64,000 nt of DNA from the human T2T-CHM13v2.0 reference genome, Homo sapiens. The stretch lies in assembly GCF_009914755.1 (NCBI RefSeq), contig NC_060925.1. One strand, given 5' to 3'. The notes under the pieces are model-generated. The model was given only the letters and a program-made list of their open reading frames with translations. It did no database searches and had not been told where the DNA came from. Every line of letters starts with the position of its first letter. The stretch's first letter is position 1. Shown here piece after piece: positions 1 to 12,483 of the stretch. The translations under genes and the position numbers were made by a program.

Positions 1-962
1 ACGTGAGGACACTAAGATGGTGCCACCTATGAGAAATGAGCCCTCACCTGACACGGCATCTGCCAGCAATTTGATCTTGGACTCCCCAGCCTCAAGAACT
101 GTGAAAAAAAAAATCCCTGTTGTTTATACATGACCAAATCTCAGATACAGTCATGTGCTTCATAGCAATGTTTTGGTCAAAGACTAACTGCATATAGGAT
201 GGTGATCCCATCAGATTATAATGGAGCTGAAAAATTTCTATTGCCTAGTAATGTGTAATGGTCTTGACTCTGCACAGACCTAGGCTAATGTGTGTGTTTG
301 TGTCTTAGTTTTTAATGAAAATGTTTAAAAAATAGAAAATTTTTAAAATGAAGAAAGCTTATAGAATAAGTATATAAAGAAATAAAATATTTGTGTACTG
401 TATACAATGTGTTTATGTTTTAAGCAAAGTGTTATTACAAGAGTCAATAACAAATTAAAATTTTATAAAGTAAAAAATTATAGTAAGGTAATGTTAATTT
501 ATTGAAGAAAAAGTTTTTAAAATAAATTTAGTGTAGTCTAAAGTTTGCAGTAGGATATAGTAATGTTCTAGGTCTTCACATTGGCTCTCTGACTGACTCA
601 CCCGAAGCAACTTCCAGTCTTACAAGCTCTATTCATGGTAAGTGCCCTATACACATATGCCAGTTTTTAAAATCTTTCATGCCATATTTTTACTGTATCT
701 TTGCTAGGTTTAGATACACAAACACTTATCATTGTGTTACAATTGACTACAGTATTCAGTACAGTAACATGCTGCCCAGGTTTGTAGACTAGGAGCAATA
801 GGCTACACCATATATCTAGCCCAGGCTATAAGGTTTAAGTTTGTGTTAGTACACTTCGATGATCACATAACAAAATTGCTTGACATGTTTCTCAGAATGT
901 ATCCCTGCCATTAAGCAATGTGTGAGAATGTTTTGTTATAGCAGCATAAACAGACTAAGACA
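1..962 (+). mobile_element. MaLR (MLT1/MST-type) LTR 3' part, split by a Tigger3 insertion
   Basis: ttgatcttggactccccagcctcaagaactgtga… at 70-140 and the terminal ttgttatagcagcataaacagactaagaca at 933-962 are typical MaLR LTR ends. Confidence 0.7.
148..927 (+). mobile_element. Tigger3/MER7 (Golem)-family non-autonomous DNA transposon
   Basis: TA|CAGTCATGTGC… left terminus, internal ttataatggagctgaaaaatttctattgcctagt, and gaatgtatccctgccattaagc right end. Confidence 0.8.
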
Positions 963-1198
963 ACCCACTTCCCCTAGTAAAGGGTCCTATTGCTTACTGC
1001 TAAGTAGAGGCTCTGAGTCCATCTTATTTTACCAGCTACAGCAGACAAGTTACAAAAGAGTAAAAAAATAAAAATAAAAAAATAGGATTCTCAAAATACT
1101 TAAGTCCTTTGCTTCTCTAAACTTTCATACAATTTAGCTGTTTCCTTGACCCATATATGAACCCTGCCTTGGAGTCGAAATAAGAGAAGAAATACTAC

Positions 1199-1288
1199 TA
1201 ACAAGAGCATTGCAATTTTGAAAGCCACTAAAAAGAATATTACAATGTTAAATGCCAATAACAAGAGCATTGCAATTTTAAAATCTCT
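1199..1288. repeat. 30-bp period tandem repeat, about 3 copies
   Basis: taacaagagcattgcaattttgaaagccac / taaaaagaatattacaatgttaaatgccaa / taacaagagcattgcaattttaaaatctct. Confidence 0.8.
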
Positions 1289-1779
1289 TCACAACCATTT
1301 AAAGACAATTCTGTTAAAACATCATGTAAAAAGCTTCGGTTGTGAAAAAAACTGTCTCAATTGCTAGTATCTTTATAATCAAATTCAAACCTTATTCTTG
1401 GGACCTCATAACTATTTATATATTGGTACCTATGAATATTTGGAAAACATATATGTATTCTCTTACTTTTCAATTAAATGATACAGTTATTTTAAAGATT
1501 GTGTCAAAAGTCTGCCTTTTATAATATAGGGACTCTATACTTTGAAGGGCCTTTCCATTATAACACTAGTAGAGCCCACATAAAACATTTTTTTTTTATT
1601 GCTGAACTTGCAGGAAATAAGGAAACTCATTCTTAAAAAAGTGAGCTTCCAGCAGTGATCTTGGTAAGCACAAAGGAAAATCAAGGTTTCCCTGAGGACA
1701 ATGAAATATTAGTACTAAAGTTGGAGATTAAGCCTTCAGACAAGAAGAAGAAGATTTATTAAAGACTGGCACATTAAAC

Positions 1780-2560
<781 letters not shown>

Positions 2561-3440
2561 ATCTCAGAGCTTTTTTGCCTCACCTGTGAGGAACTAAAAT
2601 ACCTGCCCTATCTTCTTTCCTTGGCCACTAGATTCTACTTCATGAGAATAATGCAAGGTATGTGTGATAATAACCTGTAAATGGAAACCACTATTACATA
2701 TCAACAGGTATAATCCATGAGACTGCCGTGGTTTCTTTCCAACTCTTCTCCTCGGGCTACTCTTGTCTAACTTATTTTTCTCAAAACCATTCTTGTTTCT
2801 TATACCCTGATTTCTCTTGGAGATGAATTTTGGGAGACAAGATAAATACACACTGTGATTTGACCCTTCCCAACCTCCTTAGGATCAGCTGAGGCAGATG
2901 TTTTTCAGGGGTGGACTGGACAAGCACAGAGGTTAGAGGCACTCAGTTTAGAGAAGTCCCCTTGACTTGGGTGGATTGGGGTGCACAACCATCTTACATT
3001 AAGCGTCAGGGGTCACATGAGCTAGGGATTGCCACGAATATGGGCTCTCTACTTAGACACAGCAGGTAACACGCCGTGGCTGTCCAGAGGCAACATCAGC
3101 CCCGCATCCACCAGGACTCAGCTTCACAGATCTTATGGTTTGCAAAAGGTGATGAAAATCTGAAAACCAATAGAATCTAACCATTATGGGAGAAACATTC
3201 TACTCCAGAAGAGGCCTCAGCGGTGAATGGAAGGATATTTATTGGCATCTTTCAGAGTAATAGTGTGTAACTCAAATACTGTGTCTTGGATGACAGAACA
3301 ATGATCCCACCATGACTCTTGTAATTGTAGTAGTACTGTGCATTGGAAACATTGTAATTGTAGCAGTATTATGTATTAGAGATGAATTTCAGCGGTGTGG
3401 AGGGCGGGATAGAATGTTGTGGCTAATACAGTGTACTTTA

Positions 3441-4262
3441 AAGCAGTGGTTCTTTATTAGGGCTGCACAGATTGCTTTAAAAAGTATTGATGTCCTGGTC
3501 TTACCCCAGAGATTCAAATTGTCTGGGGTGAATGAGGATCAGGATTTTTAAAGCTTCCCACAGGACTCCATGTGTAGCCTAGGCTGAGAACCACTGACTA
3601 GTCATTCTCAAACTCTAGCTTACATCCATATTACCAACACAATTTGAATTCTAGGTTCTCAAAATCTGGTCCCTGTTGTAGCGACATCAACATCACGTGG
3701 AAACTTGTTAGAAATACAGAATTACAGGTGGCTTGCAGCCCTATTGAATCAGAAATTCTAGGGATAAGGCCCAGAAAATTCTATCCTACTAAGCCCTTCA
3801 GTCTTACACAGACCAAACTTTGAGAACTCCTGTTCCAGATGGAGCCACTTTGCCTGATCTGAATATCAGCTGTGATACTTCCTTGCCCTGTGTCTTGAAT
3901 ATGTCACTTCACTTTTCTGTGCTTCAATTTTATCATCTATAAAATGGGCTAATAGTGCCTTCCTCATGGCATTCTGAGGTTTAAAGAGGAAAGGAGAAAA
4001 AGAGGAAAAGTAAAGAGTAAAAGAGTAAAAGCATAATGGGTCAAGATGTGTTATACTGATTTACATTGGCTTGTGAAATAACATTTAGGTCTACTTTTTA
4101 ATCACAGTAGCTATTCAAACTTGAGGTCAGTGGTGGGAAAGTTTAGCTGCACGTATCAATCACCTGGGAAGATTTTTTTTTTTATTGTTCTTATGCCCAA
4201 CTTCTACCCCCAGAGATTTAAAAAAAATCTCTTCAGGAAAATTCTAATGTACAACCAATACC
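3441..4262. mobile_element. Cluster of MER5A/MER5B (hAT-Charlie MITEs) plus a MIR (~3850-3985)
   Basis: cagtggttct…gagaaccactg termini (3443-3596); gaaacttgttagaaatacaga…tgaatcagaaattct (3700-3760); MIR core ttttatcatctataaaatggg. Confidence 0.7.
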
Positions 4263-5074
4263 GTTAATATGCAGGAATTTAGATTTGAGTTTGTTAAGCC
4301 AATTTGTGTATGCTTAGATAGGTTTGTAATTTGTTGAATTTTACTGGAGAGTTCAGTGCTAAGTAGGGAGCCATTAACATTATGATTAGTTCAGTGGGAA
4401 GAGTTTCCATTCATTCTCAGAGATTTTCTTTTCTTTAAGTTAATGACACAGGTGTGTATGTGTGCATGCACGGGTGTGTGTATGTATGTGTGCAAAATAA
4501 CCACTGTCTCTCTCTAACTGACCTTGAAAGTCTCAGTGGGGATTATAAAAGGTCAATGACCAATTTCAGTGACCTCTAAGATCCAGACAACCAAAATGTT
4601 TCACCTTATACTGCATTTGAAAACTTGTATTTCCATGTTTGCAAAGCAAGAACTAAATTAGCTGTTCTAAAAAAAAACAAACAGAAAAAAAAACACTGAG
4701 TTTTAGAGAGTATGTTTGATTAGAAATTAGGATTCTGTGTCTCTGAAAAGAAAATCTGACTAATGAGAAACAGCATTTTGAAGCGAAACAAGCTCTAGAC
4801 TAAAGATAGAAGTTCCAGTTCTGTTTTTGTCCCTAATCAATGTGTAACCCACTCCTCAGACCCCCTTGTTCTCTGCTTTCTCAGTCTGATACATAAAGGG
4901 GAACAGGTAGAATGTGTGATATCTAATGTCCCTACCAACTCTAACGTATTATGAAAATTATTAGTTTTTCTCTTCAGTCAACAAAGTCGGATACTCCATG
5001 CATGCTATCAGCATCATTCAAATCTGGGCTTAAAAATGTTTAGAACAGCATATAACAATGCTCCCCCAGTCTGT

Positions 5075-5210
5075 ATGTCAATTCAGGTATTCATTCATTT
5101 CCATATATTTATTGAGCATGTACTGTGTGCCAGACACTGCTCTTGGCACAGGGGACTGCATGTGGACCAGAACAGATCACATCTCTTCTCTCGTGGGGCT
5201 AATACTGTTC
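5075..5210 (-). mobile_element. L2 3' end fragment
   Basis: attcattcatt…tatttattgagcatgtactgtgtgccagacactg. Confidence 0.75.
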
Positions 5211-5576
5211 TATTGAAGAACAAATCAGCCTGTGTTAACATGAAATGTAATTGTCAGAATTCTAAAGTTATTTTTCCCTTCATCACGACATCTCACATTT
5301 GCATTCTAACAGATGTGACAGAGAAGATGGGAATGGAAAGGAAGGATTGAAAACCTGACTAAAATGAAGCTTTTAAAATAATAGTCTTAAAAGGAGAAGC
5401 AAATTCTAATAAATCATCCATTCCACTGAAAGATTAAAGGTCATTTGTTCCTTACTCCAGTTATTTCCAAATCTTTGTGTTTAAGGCACATTTTTGAAAA
5501 TTAAAATTTCTGTGGCAGAGTGAGGATTATTCTTCATAGTTACAGAACTATTTATTAAGTTGAAAGCACTTTAGAA

Positions 5577-5804
5577 GAGGTCTGCAGAGCACAGTCCTCA
5601 GGCCAAATCTGACACTTTGCCTTTCTTTGTAAATAAAGTTTTATTGGAACACACCCATACCAATTCCAATTCTTGTAAGTATTGTCTATGGCAACTTTCA
5701 TCCTAAAATGGCAGGGTTGAATATTTGCAACTTTATATCCCACAAAGCCTAAAACATTTAATATTTACAACCTGGTTCTTTACAGGAAAAATTAGCTAAT
5801 CCCT
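5577..5804. mobile_element. MER58A-like hAT MITE
   Basis: ggccaaatctg…tttgtaaataaagttttattggaacaca…cccacaaagcctaaaa…tttacaggaaaaattagctaatccct. Confidence 0.8.
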
Positions 5805-5850
5805 ACTCATTAGCAGTGAGATTTTGTTTGAATACAACCGTTAACTGCCC

Positions 5851-6232
5851 TGTATTAGTAAGTTTACACACTGCTATAAAGAACTACCTGAGACTGAGTA
5901 ATTTATAAGGAAAAGAGGTTTAATTGACTCACAGTTCCGCTTGACTGGGGAAGCCTCAGGAAACGTACAATCATGGCAGAAGGTGAAGAGGAAGCAAGGC
6001 ACATATTACATGGTGGCAGGAGAGAGAGAGAGAGCAAGGGAGAAGCTGCCACACACTTTTAAACTATCAGATTTCATGAGAACTCATTACGAGACAGCAT
6101 TAGGGGAATGGTGCTAAACTATTAGAAACCACTCCCATGATCCAATAACCTCCCACCGGGCCCCACCTTCAACATGTGGGGATTACAATTAGAGAGGAGA
6201 TTTGGGTGGGGACATAGAACCAAACCATATCA
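5851..6232 (-). mobile_element. Solo MaLR LTR (MSTA/THE1D-like) with 5-bp TSD
   Basis: TGTATTAGT…AAACCATATCA termini; TGCCC direct repeats at 5846-5850 and 6233-6237. Confidence 0.9.
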
Positions 6233-6491
6233 TGCCCTGATGGTGTACTCAGACACACTAGAGGGGCATACTTCCTTTCCTAGAAACAGCTAGACATTAT
6301 GCTAGGACTCTTCTTCCTTATAGCATCACCAAGCTGGATGACCCACTCATTTATTTTACTGGCAGACATCACTTTAGCAGTATGTAGACAAAACAAATTT
6401 TGTACATTAATCAAAATTTTGGCTACTGATTCAGAATGACTGCCAGGCCACAAGAAACATGGCACTCAGCTATTCATCTTGTCCTTTACAC

Positions 6492-8155
6492 TAGTGGACT
6501 CCCAATATTTCTGTTCACATACCTCTGAAAGGGTTTTGAAAAACGATATGCCCTCATATATTTTTATATTGACATGTAAACATTTTTATATATTTAAGTA
6601 GTTACAGATGTAACTTCTATTATTTTATAAAACAAGACGCTTTAATATGAAGTTGTTGTATCTTTTTTCTACATGTATCCAAAGAAATGAAAATGCTATA
6701 GCAATTCCATATCACCTTTATCCATGTCGTGGACGCAGTGGGGTGCCACCCTGATAGTCTCTTCACAGTGGATACCATCGGCCTCCAGCAGCCTGGGGTG
6801 GGGTATGCTACCTAAGTTTCTCCACAGGAATTGCTTTTGACTGAAGGGACCACCCAGTCCAAGATTATGCTTGCTCCTGAGTAGGAAGCCAACATCAAGC
6901 GACTGTCCTGTTGTGGGCACTTAGAGGCCTGGTCCTTCAACTGCATTTGGCAATCCCACCTCGAGAGCTCCCCTTTGATGAGGTGCACCTCTGTGGCAAC
7001 TACAACTCTATCAATCTTGTTTCTTGGCCCATTTCTGCTTTTTCAGTTCTCTACAGTGTTGTTCCCAGGGCATGCCCCAATAAACCTTCTGCACACAAAC
7101 CTCTAATCCAGAGTGTTTCTGGGTGAACCTGACCTAAGACATCCATTTTCAAAAGTATGTTGCTAAGCTCTACTTTGGTGTTAGAAAAATCTCACGTTTT
7201 TTATTTTCTTAAACTTACATTTCCGTTCCACTTTGCCCACAGATTTTTATGCTACTTCGGTATATTTTTATACTTAAAAGTCTTTTACTTCTCGATCTGT
7301 CATAATTATCTGCCATTAAATTATTATGTAAATTAAATTTTAATTTAAAAAATTTCTTGTGACCATAGGACTCTATGTGTTAAATCTCTCCTGGACTGGG
7401 CTATCATTGCAATTATTAGTAATACACATTTAATCAAAACAACATTTATACTATAAATTTTGGCAAATATTACACATAAAAAGTAAAAGCAAAAATGCAT
7501 CTAAGATAGTGATTTCTATTTTTAATTTGTTTGTATGTCTGCGAACGAATATTATTTACCGCTGGAATAACAGTGTTCAACATCAGTTCTATTCCACTTT
7601 CTGTTTTATTTTCATAGATATAAAAATATAGTAATTATGCATGTCACATAAATAAGTGGATGGGAATGGAAGTCATTTTGTTATATTGTACAACAATGCT
7701 CCTATTTGAACTCCTTCCGATTTGCCAAAATTTACAGGCTGATAATGTACCAAAAATATTTCAATGACTTATCAGTTGGCAATTCAATCACGTCTTCATT
7801 TAATTTTGTTGTAAACAAAGAATTGAAAACCACCTGATTTGCAGAGAGATTTGTTACCCAGTCATTTCCAGGAAGGAAAGTCCTCCCCTATGCCATATTT
7901 CACCTTGTTCCTTTGATTTGTGTATTTCTAGGGGTCATTGTATCACAGTAAACTTGGTAAGTGAATGAAGAGTTGGCCTCTATTGTGAAAAGTGGGGGAC
8001 TGACAAAAAACATTGACTGCAGGCTAGTTCTCAAGTCCATTTTAAGATAAAGTGCATACGGAGGTTAAGCATCTGCAAACTAGCCTTCCCAGTGAATCCC
8101 ATGAAAAGCTTCATCTTCCTTGGGAGGTACATTTACACCAGTTTGAAAGTCTCTG
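6492..8155 (-). mobile_element. hAT-Charlie DNA transposon remnant with transposase C-terminal fragment, split by an LTR
   Basis: Minus strand 7672-7646 encodes LPFPSTYLC, the Charlie/Buster dimerisation-domain motif. The outer boundaries are approximate. Confidence 0.6.
6725..7141 (+). mobile_element. Solo ERVL LTR (LTR16-like)
   Basis: TGTCGTGG…AATAAACcttctgcacacaaacctctaatccagagtgtttctgggtgaacctgacctaagaCA, flanked by TCCA direct repeats. Confidence 0.75.
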
Positions 8156-9505
8156 TGTCTCATTAGTACCAATCTCCTGAACAACTGTGAGATTTCTCAC
8201 ATAATTTATGGGTCCCTAATATAATATTTAATTATAAGTAGATATTTAATAAAGACCAGGAAACATATGAGAAAGCGGCAAGATTTAGACACCGGCTTCT
8301 CTGTCCCAAGAATCTTCTGTGTACTGCATTTTCCCTAATTAAAAATGAGGGTATTTCAACCTTCCAAAATATTGTTGAGTCCCACAGATTATTGAACACC
8401 TTGAGCCTTCTGGAGAAAACTACAAAAGGCATGTGCCTTCTCAAATTCCAGCATTTTATCTTACAGATTTAGTTTCAGTTATTTTGAAGAGCTTAGTTTC
8501 CCTGTCACAGGGCATGCTATTAGAATAAAGAACAAAAAAGCAAAGGAAAAAAAAAAAAGGGGTGAGTTTAAGAGCAACTTTTAAAGAATTCCAGCTGTAT
8601 TTATTCCCTGTTCTCTTGTACCTCTTGCTGCTGCCCATGGTGTCAGGGAATTATTTTTTAAATGACATAATCAAATGGTACAGAAAACAGAGAGGAAATA
8701 TTACCCAAGGTCAGGAGCGGCCTCTTCTGGGCTGTCCTTGAGACTGTTGGAATATTTCACTTAATAGATGAATCTTCCTTAAGGCTTTCTTTTCTTTTCT
8801 CAAACAATAATTTTTCCAAAGGCAAGAATTTTGGCAAAATTATTAATCTTAGAAGGATTAAGGAACTCAACTGTACTTTAAATTTACAACACTCTTAGAA
8901 AAGGCTTAACTCAAGAAGTACAAGCAGAAAACCTAATTCTACCTACATTTCCTTTGATTGCCTATTTTTCTTTTGAACTATTTTAATAATCTCCTTTGTT
9001 CTTTGATTGACATTAGCTGGAAATATAACTCCCTTCTCACTGATAGAGGACATACTGAGGAAGTTTAATTTTTTTCCCTTCTACAAGTAAACAAAAACAA
9101 GTAGATGTTCACATATAATATCTTAGTATCTATTTAAGATACCTCTTCTTAGAAGTAGTGAATATGATAAGAAAAATTCTAAATTTTGTGTCACATGACC
9201 TAGATTGACTGATTTTTAGACAAGCCACTTAACTTTATTGAGCTTTTGTTCAGTTACCTATAAAATGGTGATAGGTGATAATAATTTTTCTCCCTGAAAT
9301 TATCTTATGTGTGTGAAAGACACATATGAGTGTAGACGGTCAGTATAAATACATCATATACTGTACTCAAAAATACAGCCCAGTGAAACTTCTCTGCTCT
9401 GTGGAGTTCAAATATTGTAAGGGAAGAACACAGAGATTTTAAAAGTTGAGTCTTATTTACAAAGAACCATTCACATGTATCTGTAAACATATGATTGATT
9501 TATGT

Positions 9506-9511
9506 TTTAAT
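9506..9511 (-). terminator. Candidate distal polyadenylation signal ATTAAA
   Basis: tttaat on plus strand; downstream on the minus strand lies atgtttacagatacatgtgaatggttctttgt (GU-rich). Confidence 0.5.
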
Positions 9512-10195
9512 AATGAAGAAACAGGAAACAAACCATTTCAGGGGAACATACAAGTAATTTTATCAACATAGTATTTGCAGAGAAAGAATTCACTTATTCA
9601 AAATATCACAATACTGAATTTCACAGTTAAATTCACATGCAGATTGTAAAATTATGTTATGGGATGTTTTGATGGAGTGTGTTAAATATAAAAGTAATCC
9701 AATGCAATACTATTTAGCACATTGTACAAAACTAATTTTTCAATGGGATTAATACATTTACTATCTTTCCTATAAGGTGTGATGTATTCAAAGTGCTCTG
9801 TAGCATTGAGTTTGAAATCAGGAAACAAATACTGTTAGAGCTCCACAGTAATACAGCTCAGTAATAAATGAACTTGAATATAATGTAGATGAAATCTACT
9901 CATAAAACTTTAAGACAGATGATGGAGATTTATGATGTGCAGTGAGTAATATCCTTGAATAGGGAGTAGGGCAGAGGGACTTCGTGCATGTATCAATACA
10001 ATCATAATAAAAATAAGTTTAAGATTGACTCCACCACTTTTATATTGAGTGCCATTTACTAGAGAAAGAAAGACAGATAAATCAGAAGACAGGAAAAGAC
10101 AGAGAGACATAGAGAGGCAAAGAAAGAAAGTTCAAAATGCCTCTGTAGTTGGCTTTCCAACTGAGACTAATCCTCAATACAATCAATAGTCCATG

Positions 10196-10690
10196 ACAGC
10201 AGTTTTTGGACATCAGTGTACATCAGTATTAACTGCAGGGCTTGTTAAGCTATGGATTACTGGAACCCACCAAGAGTTTCTAATTTAGTAGGTAGGAGAC
10301 AAAGGCTGGGAACAATTTCCAGGTGATGCTGATGTGCTGATGCTTCTGATCAAGGGACCAGTCTACTATCTGGTCCAGTGTATTTTTGATCATTGAATGG
10401 CTCCATTACACATTAAAATGGAAAATACCTACTATGATAATATGCCTGGTCCCTAGGGACCTTGAGTGTAATGTGGCCAGCATGGATTATATGATGATTT
10501 AGAACAGCGGTTCTCAACCTTGGCTACAGAGAAGAATCAAGTGAAAAGTTAAAAATATATATATACTGATGTGTAGATCCATCTAAAACGAATTAAGTCT
10601 GAATCTCTGGGGTGGGGAAAAGGGTTGAGTCATTTATAAAAGCGTCCCATGAAAATCTAATGTATATTCTGGCTGGAAAATCACTGCTTA
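10196..10690. mobile_element. Two MER5-type MITEs (~10196-10370 and ~10503-10688) inside the ERICH3 3' UTR
   Basis: gggcttgttaag…ccaggtgatgctgatg…; cagcggttctcaaccttggct…gaaaatcactgc. Confidence 0.65.
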
Positions 10691-12483
10691 AGGAAATTTT
10701 TTTTACCTTCTCATATAGAGAAATGGTAGACATATACATGCGCTCTGGGGCACTTGTATGTCTTCAGGGAAATGAAAACCCCTAGGAGACAGGCTGATAC
10801 ACAACTAGAAAATAATATCAGGGAGTAATTTAGAATGCAGTTGTTACTGTTGATTTATAATGAACTGCAAGGTTAGTTCACAGGTTTGAAATAACAGAAC
10901 TTGGGAAGGTGAGCAGCACACTCATTTAATCCAAGTTTCTTTTCCATTTAATGACATCAACTAAAGAGTCTAGAATGTTGGCATAATGCTGATGTGCTAT
11001 GCTTACCACTATAATTATTATACTTATTCCACTTAGCTAAATTATTTACTACTTTTATTTAAATTTGAGTGGCCCTATAAAGAAGGCCCCAGGGACAAAA
11101 TGCTGGAAGCTACCATTTTACTAGTCTACCCCAGAAAGCAGAACTACAGAAACACACACAAAAAAACAAAGAGCATTTTGAAATAAGATTTCCACTTTGT
11201 TATTCTGGCATAAATTAAAAGAATGAATATTTCTAAGTATAAGTGAATATACATGCCAAGAAATCTTTTGCTGGAAGAACTTAGAGATTTGGAGCAATCT
11301 TGAGTTTTGAGTGTACGTGGGAGGAAATTTAGAGCTCATTTTCACAGGCCAATTCATTAAAGCCCCAAACCACAGATTTTTAAATAAAATTCCCATGTAT
11401 GAAATTGAGATTGTGGAATTGACTGGGGCTCTGTATTGTAAAATAAAAAGGACTTTAAACAAACCCCTAACATTAGGACTGGGCCTTCCAGTGATCTTTG
11501 GTAAAAGTCAAGCATCTGAAAATTATCATTTTTGTTTGAAAATAATGTTAGGTGTGTAGAATGTGTAACAGCCTCACAAGTTTCTCCATGAGGAACCACT
11601 GCTTCTAAGAAGGGTCCTACAGATCTACTTGAGCTATTCTCAAGGTGCTTACTGAGCTACTGACCAGGGCTGACAGATTGGGAATCATCTCAGACAAGCG
11701 CAACCAGCAACTAAAGAGGAGAGAGAGAAAATCAAGAATCCTGGTGAGATGCTTGCGTGAATCTTTCTCCACTCTTTACATCTTCAGAAGACATCTTTAA
11801 ATTATCCTGAAAAACAATAAAAAGGATAGTAGTACCAGGATAAAATCACTCACAACAGTAGAAACAGGACTAAGAATGTGAGGGCCTAAAGGAAATAGCA
11901 GAATATGCAAAAAATAATTTTAGTTTTTAGTTCGACTCTTCAAGATTTATATACTTAAATATTTTACGTATAGAATGTAAAACATTTTATATATGTAAAA
12001 ACTTTGCGAAACTGCAGAAATGAAAGCATAGGGCCCACTTAAAGGCAAATGATAACAAACAACCTTCATCTCATCCTTTAAAACACTAAGGTGGAAATGA
12101 ATTGTGAAATATAGTTTAATTCTTTACTTCTGTGGCCTGTCCTCTGTGGCACATTCTCCTCTGTATTTTCTCTTTGGGGGTCCTATCTGGGAGACACAGA
12201 TCTCACTACTTCAGGGAGCTGCCTTGCAAAGACTGAATATGACTTGCCACACCGGGAAGAGCAGTGTGTCCCTGTGCATGCTTTGGCCCCTCCTCCGTCT
12301 TTCCCAGCCCCTTTCCTGACAGGCTTAGGGCTAAGTGACACAGAATTGAAGCCTGTGTGTTTATATGTGCACAGACACCAATAAAGGGACAAGCCAGCCC
12401 CAAGGGGAGGAGACCCACCGCAGGGCTGCTATTTAGTCCTACAAAGACATTACGCTTAAACTCACCGTCTGCCAGCAAGTCTC

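Larger units (their letters stand above)
9487..11806 (-). other. ERICH3: ERICH3 non-coding terminal exon (3' UTR, exon 15)
   Basis: Strong acceptor tttttattgtttttcag|GATAAT at 11806, 659 nt downstream of the exon-14 donor. The 3' end is inferred from ATTAAA at 9511-9506 followed by a U/GU-rich stretch, so the end coordinate is approximate. Confidence 0.72.

Noticed and set aside
1199-1279. Two identical 21-bp repeats with a 39-bp spacer, CRISPR-like
   Set aside because: The spacer is itself a degenerate copy of the unit, so it is a minisatellite. The DNA is human and there are no cas genes.
5681-5695. RFX X-box-like TTGTCTATGGCAAC (ERICH3 is cilia-associated)
   Set aside because: It is an imperfect match inside a MER58 repeat, downstream of the gene and far from any promoter evidence.
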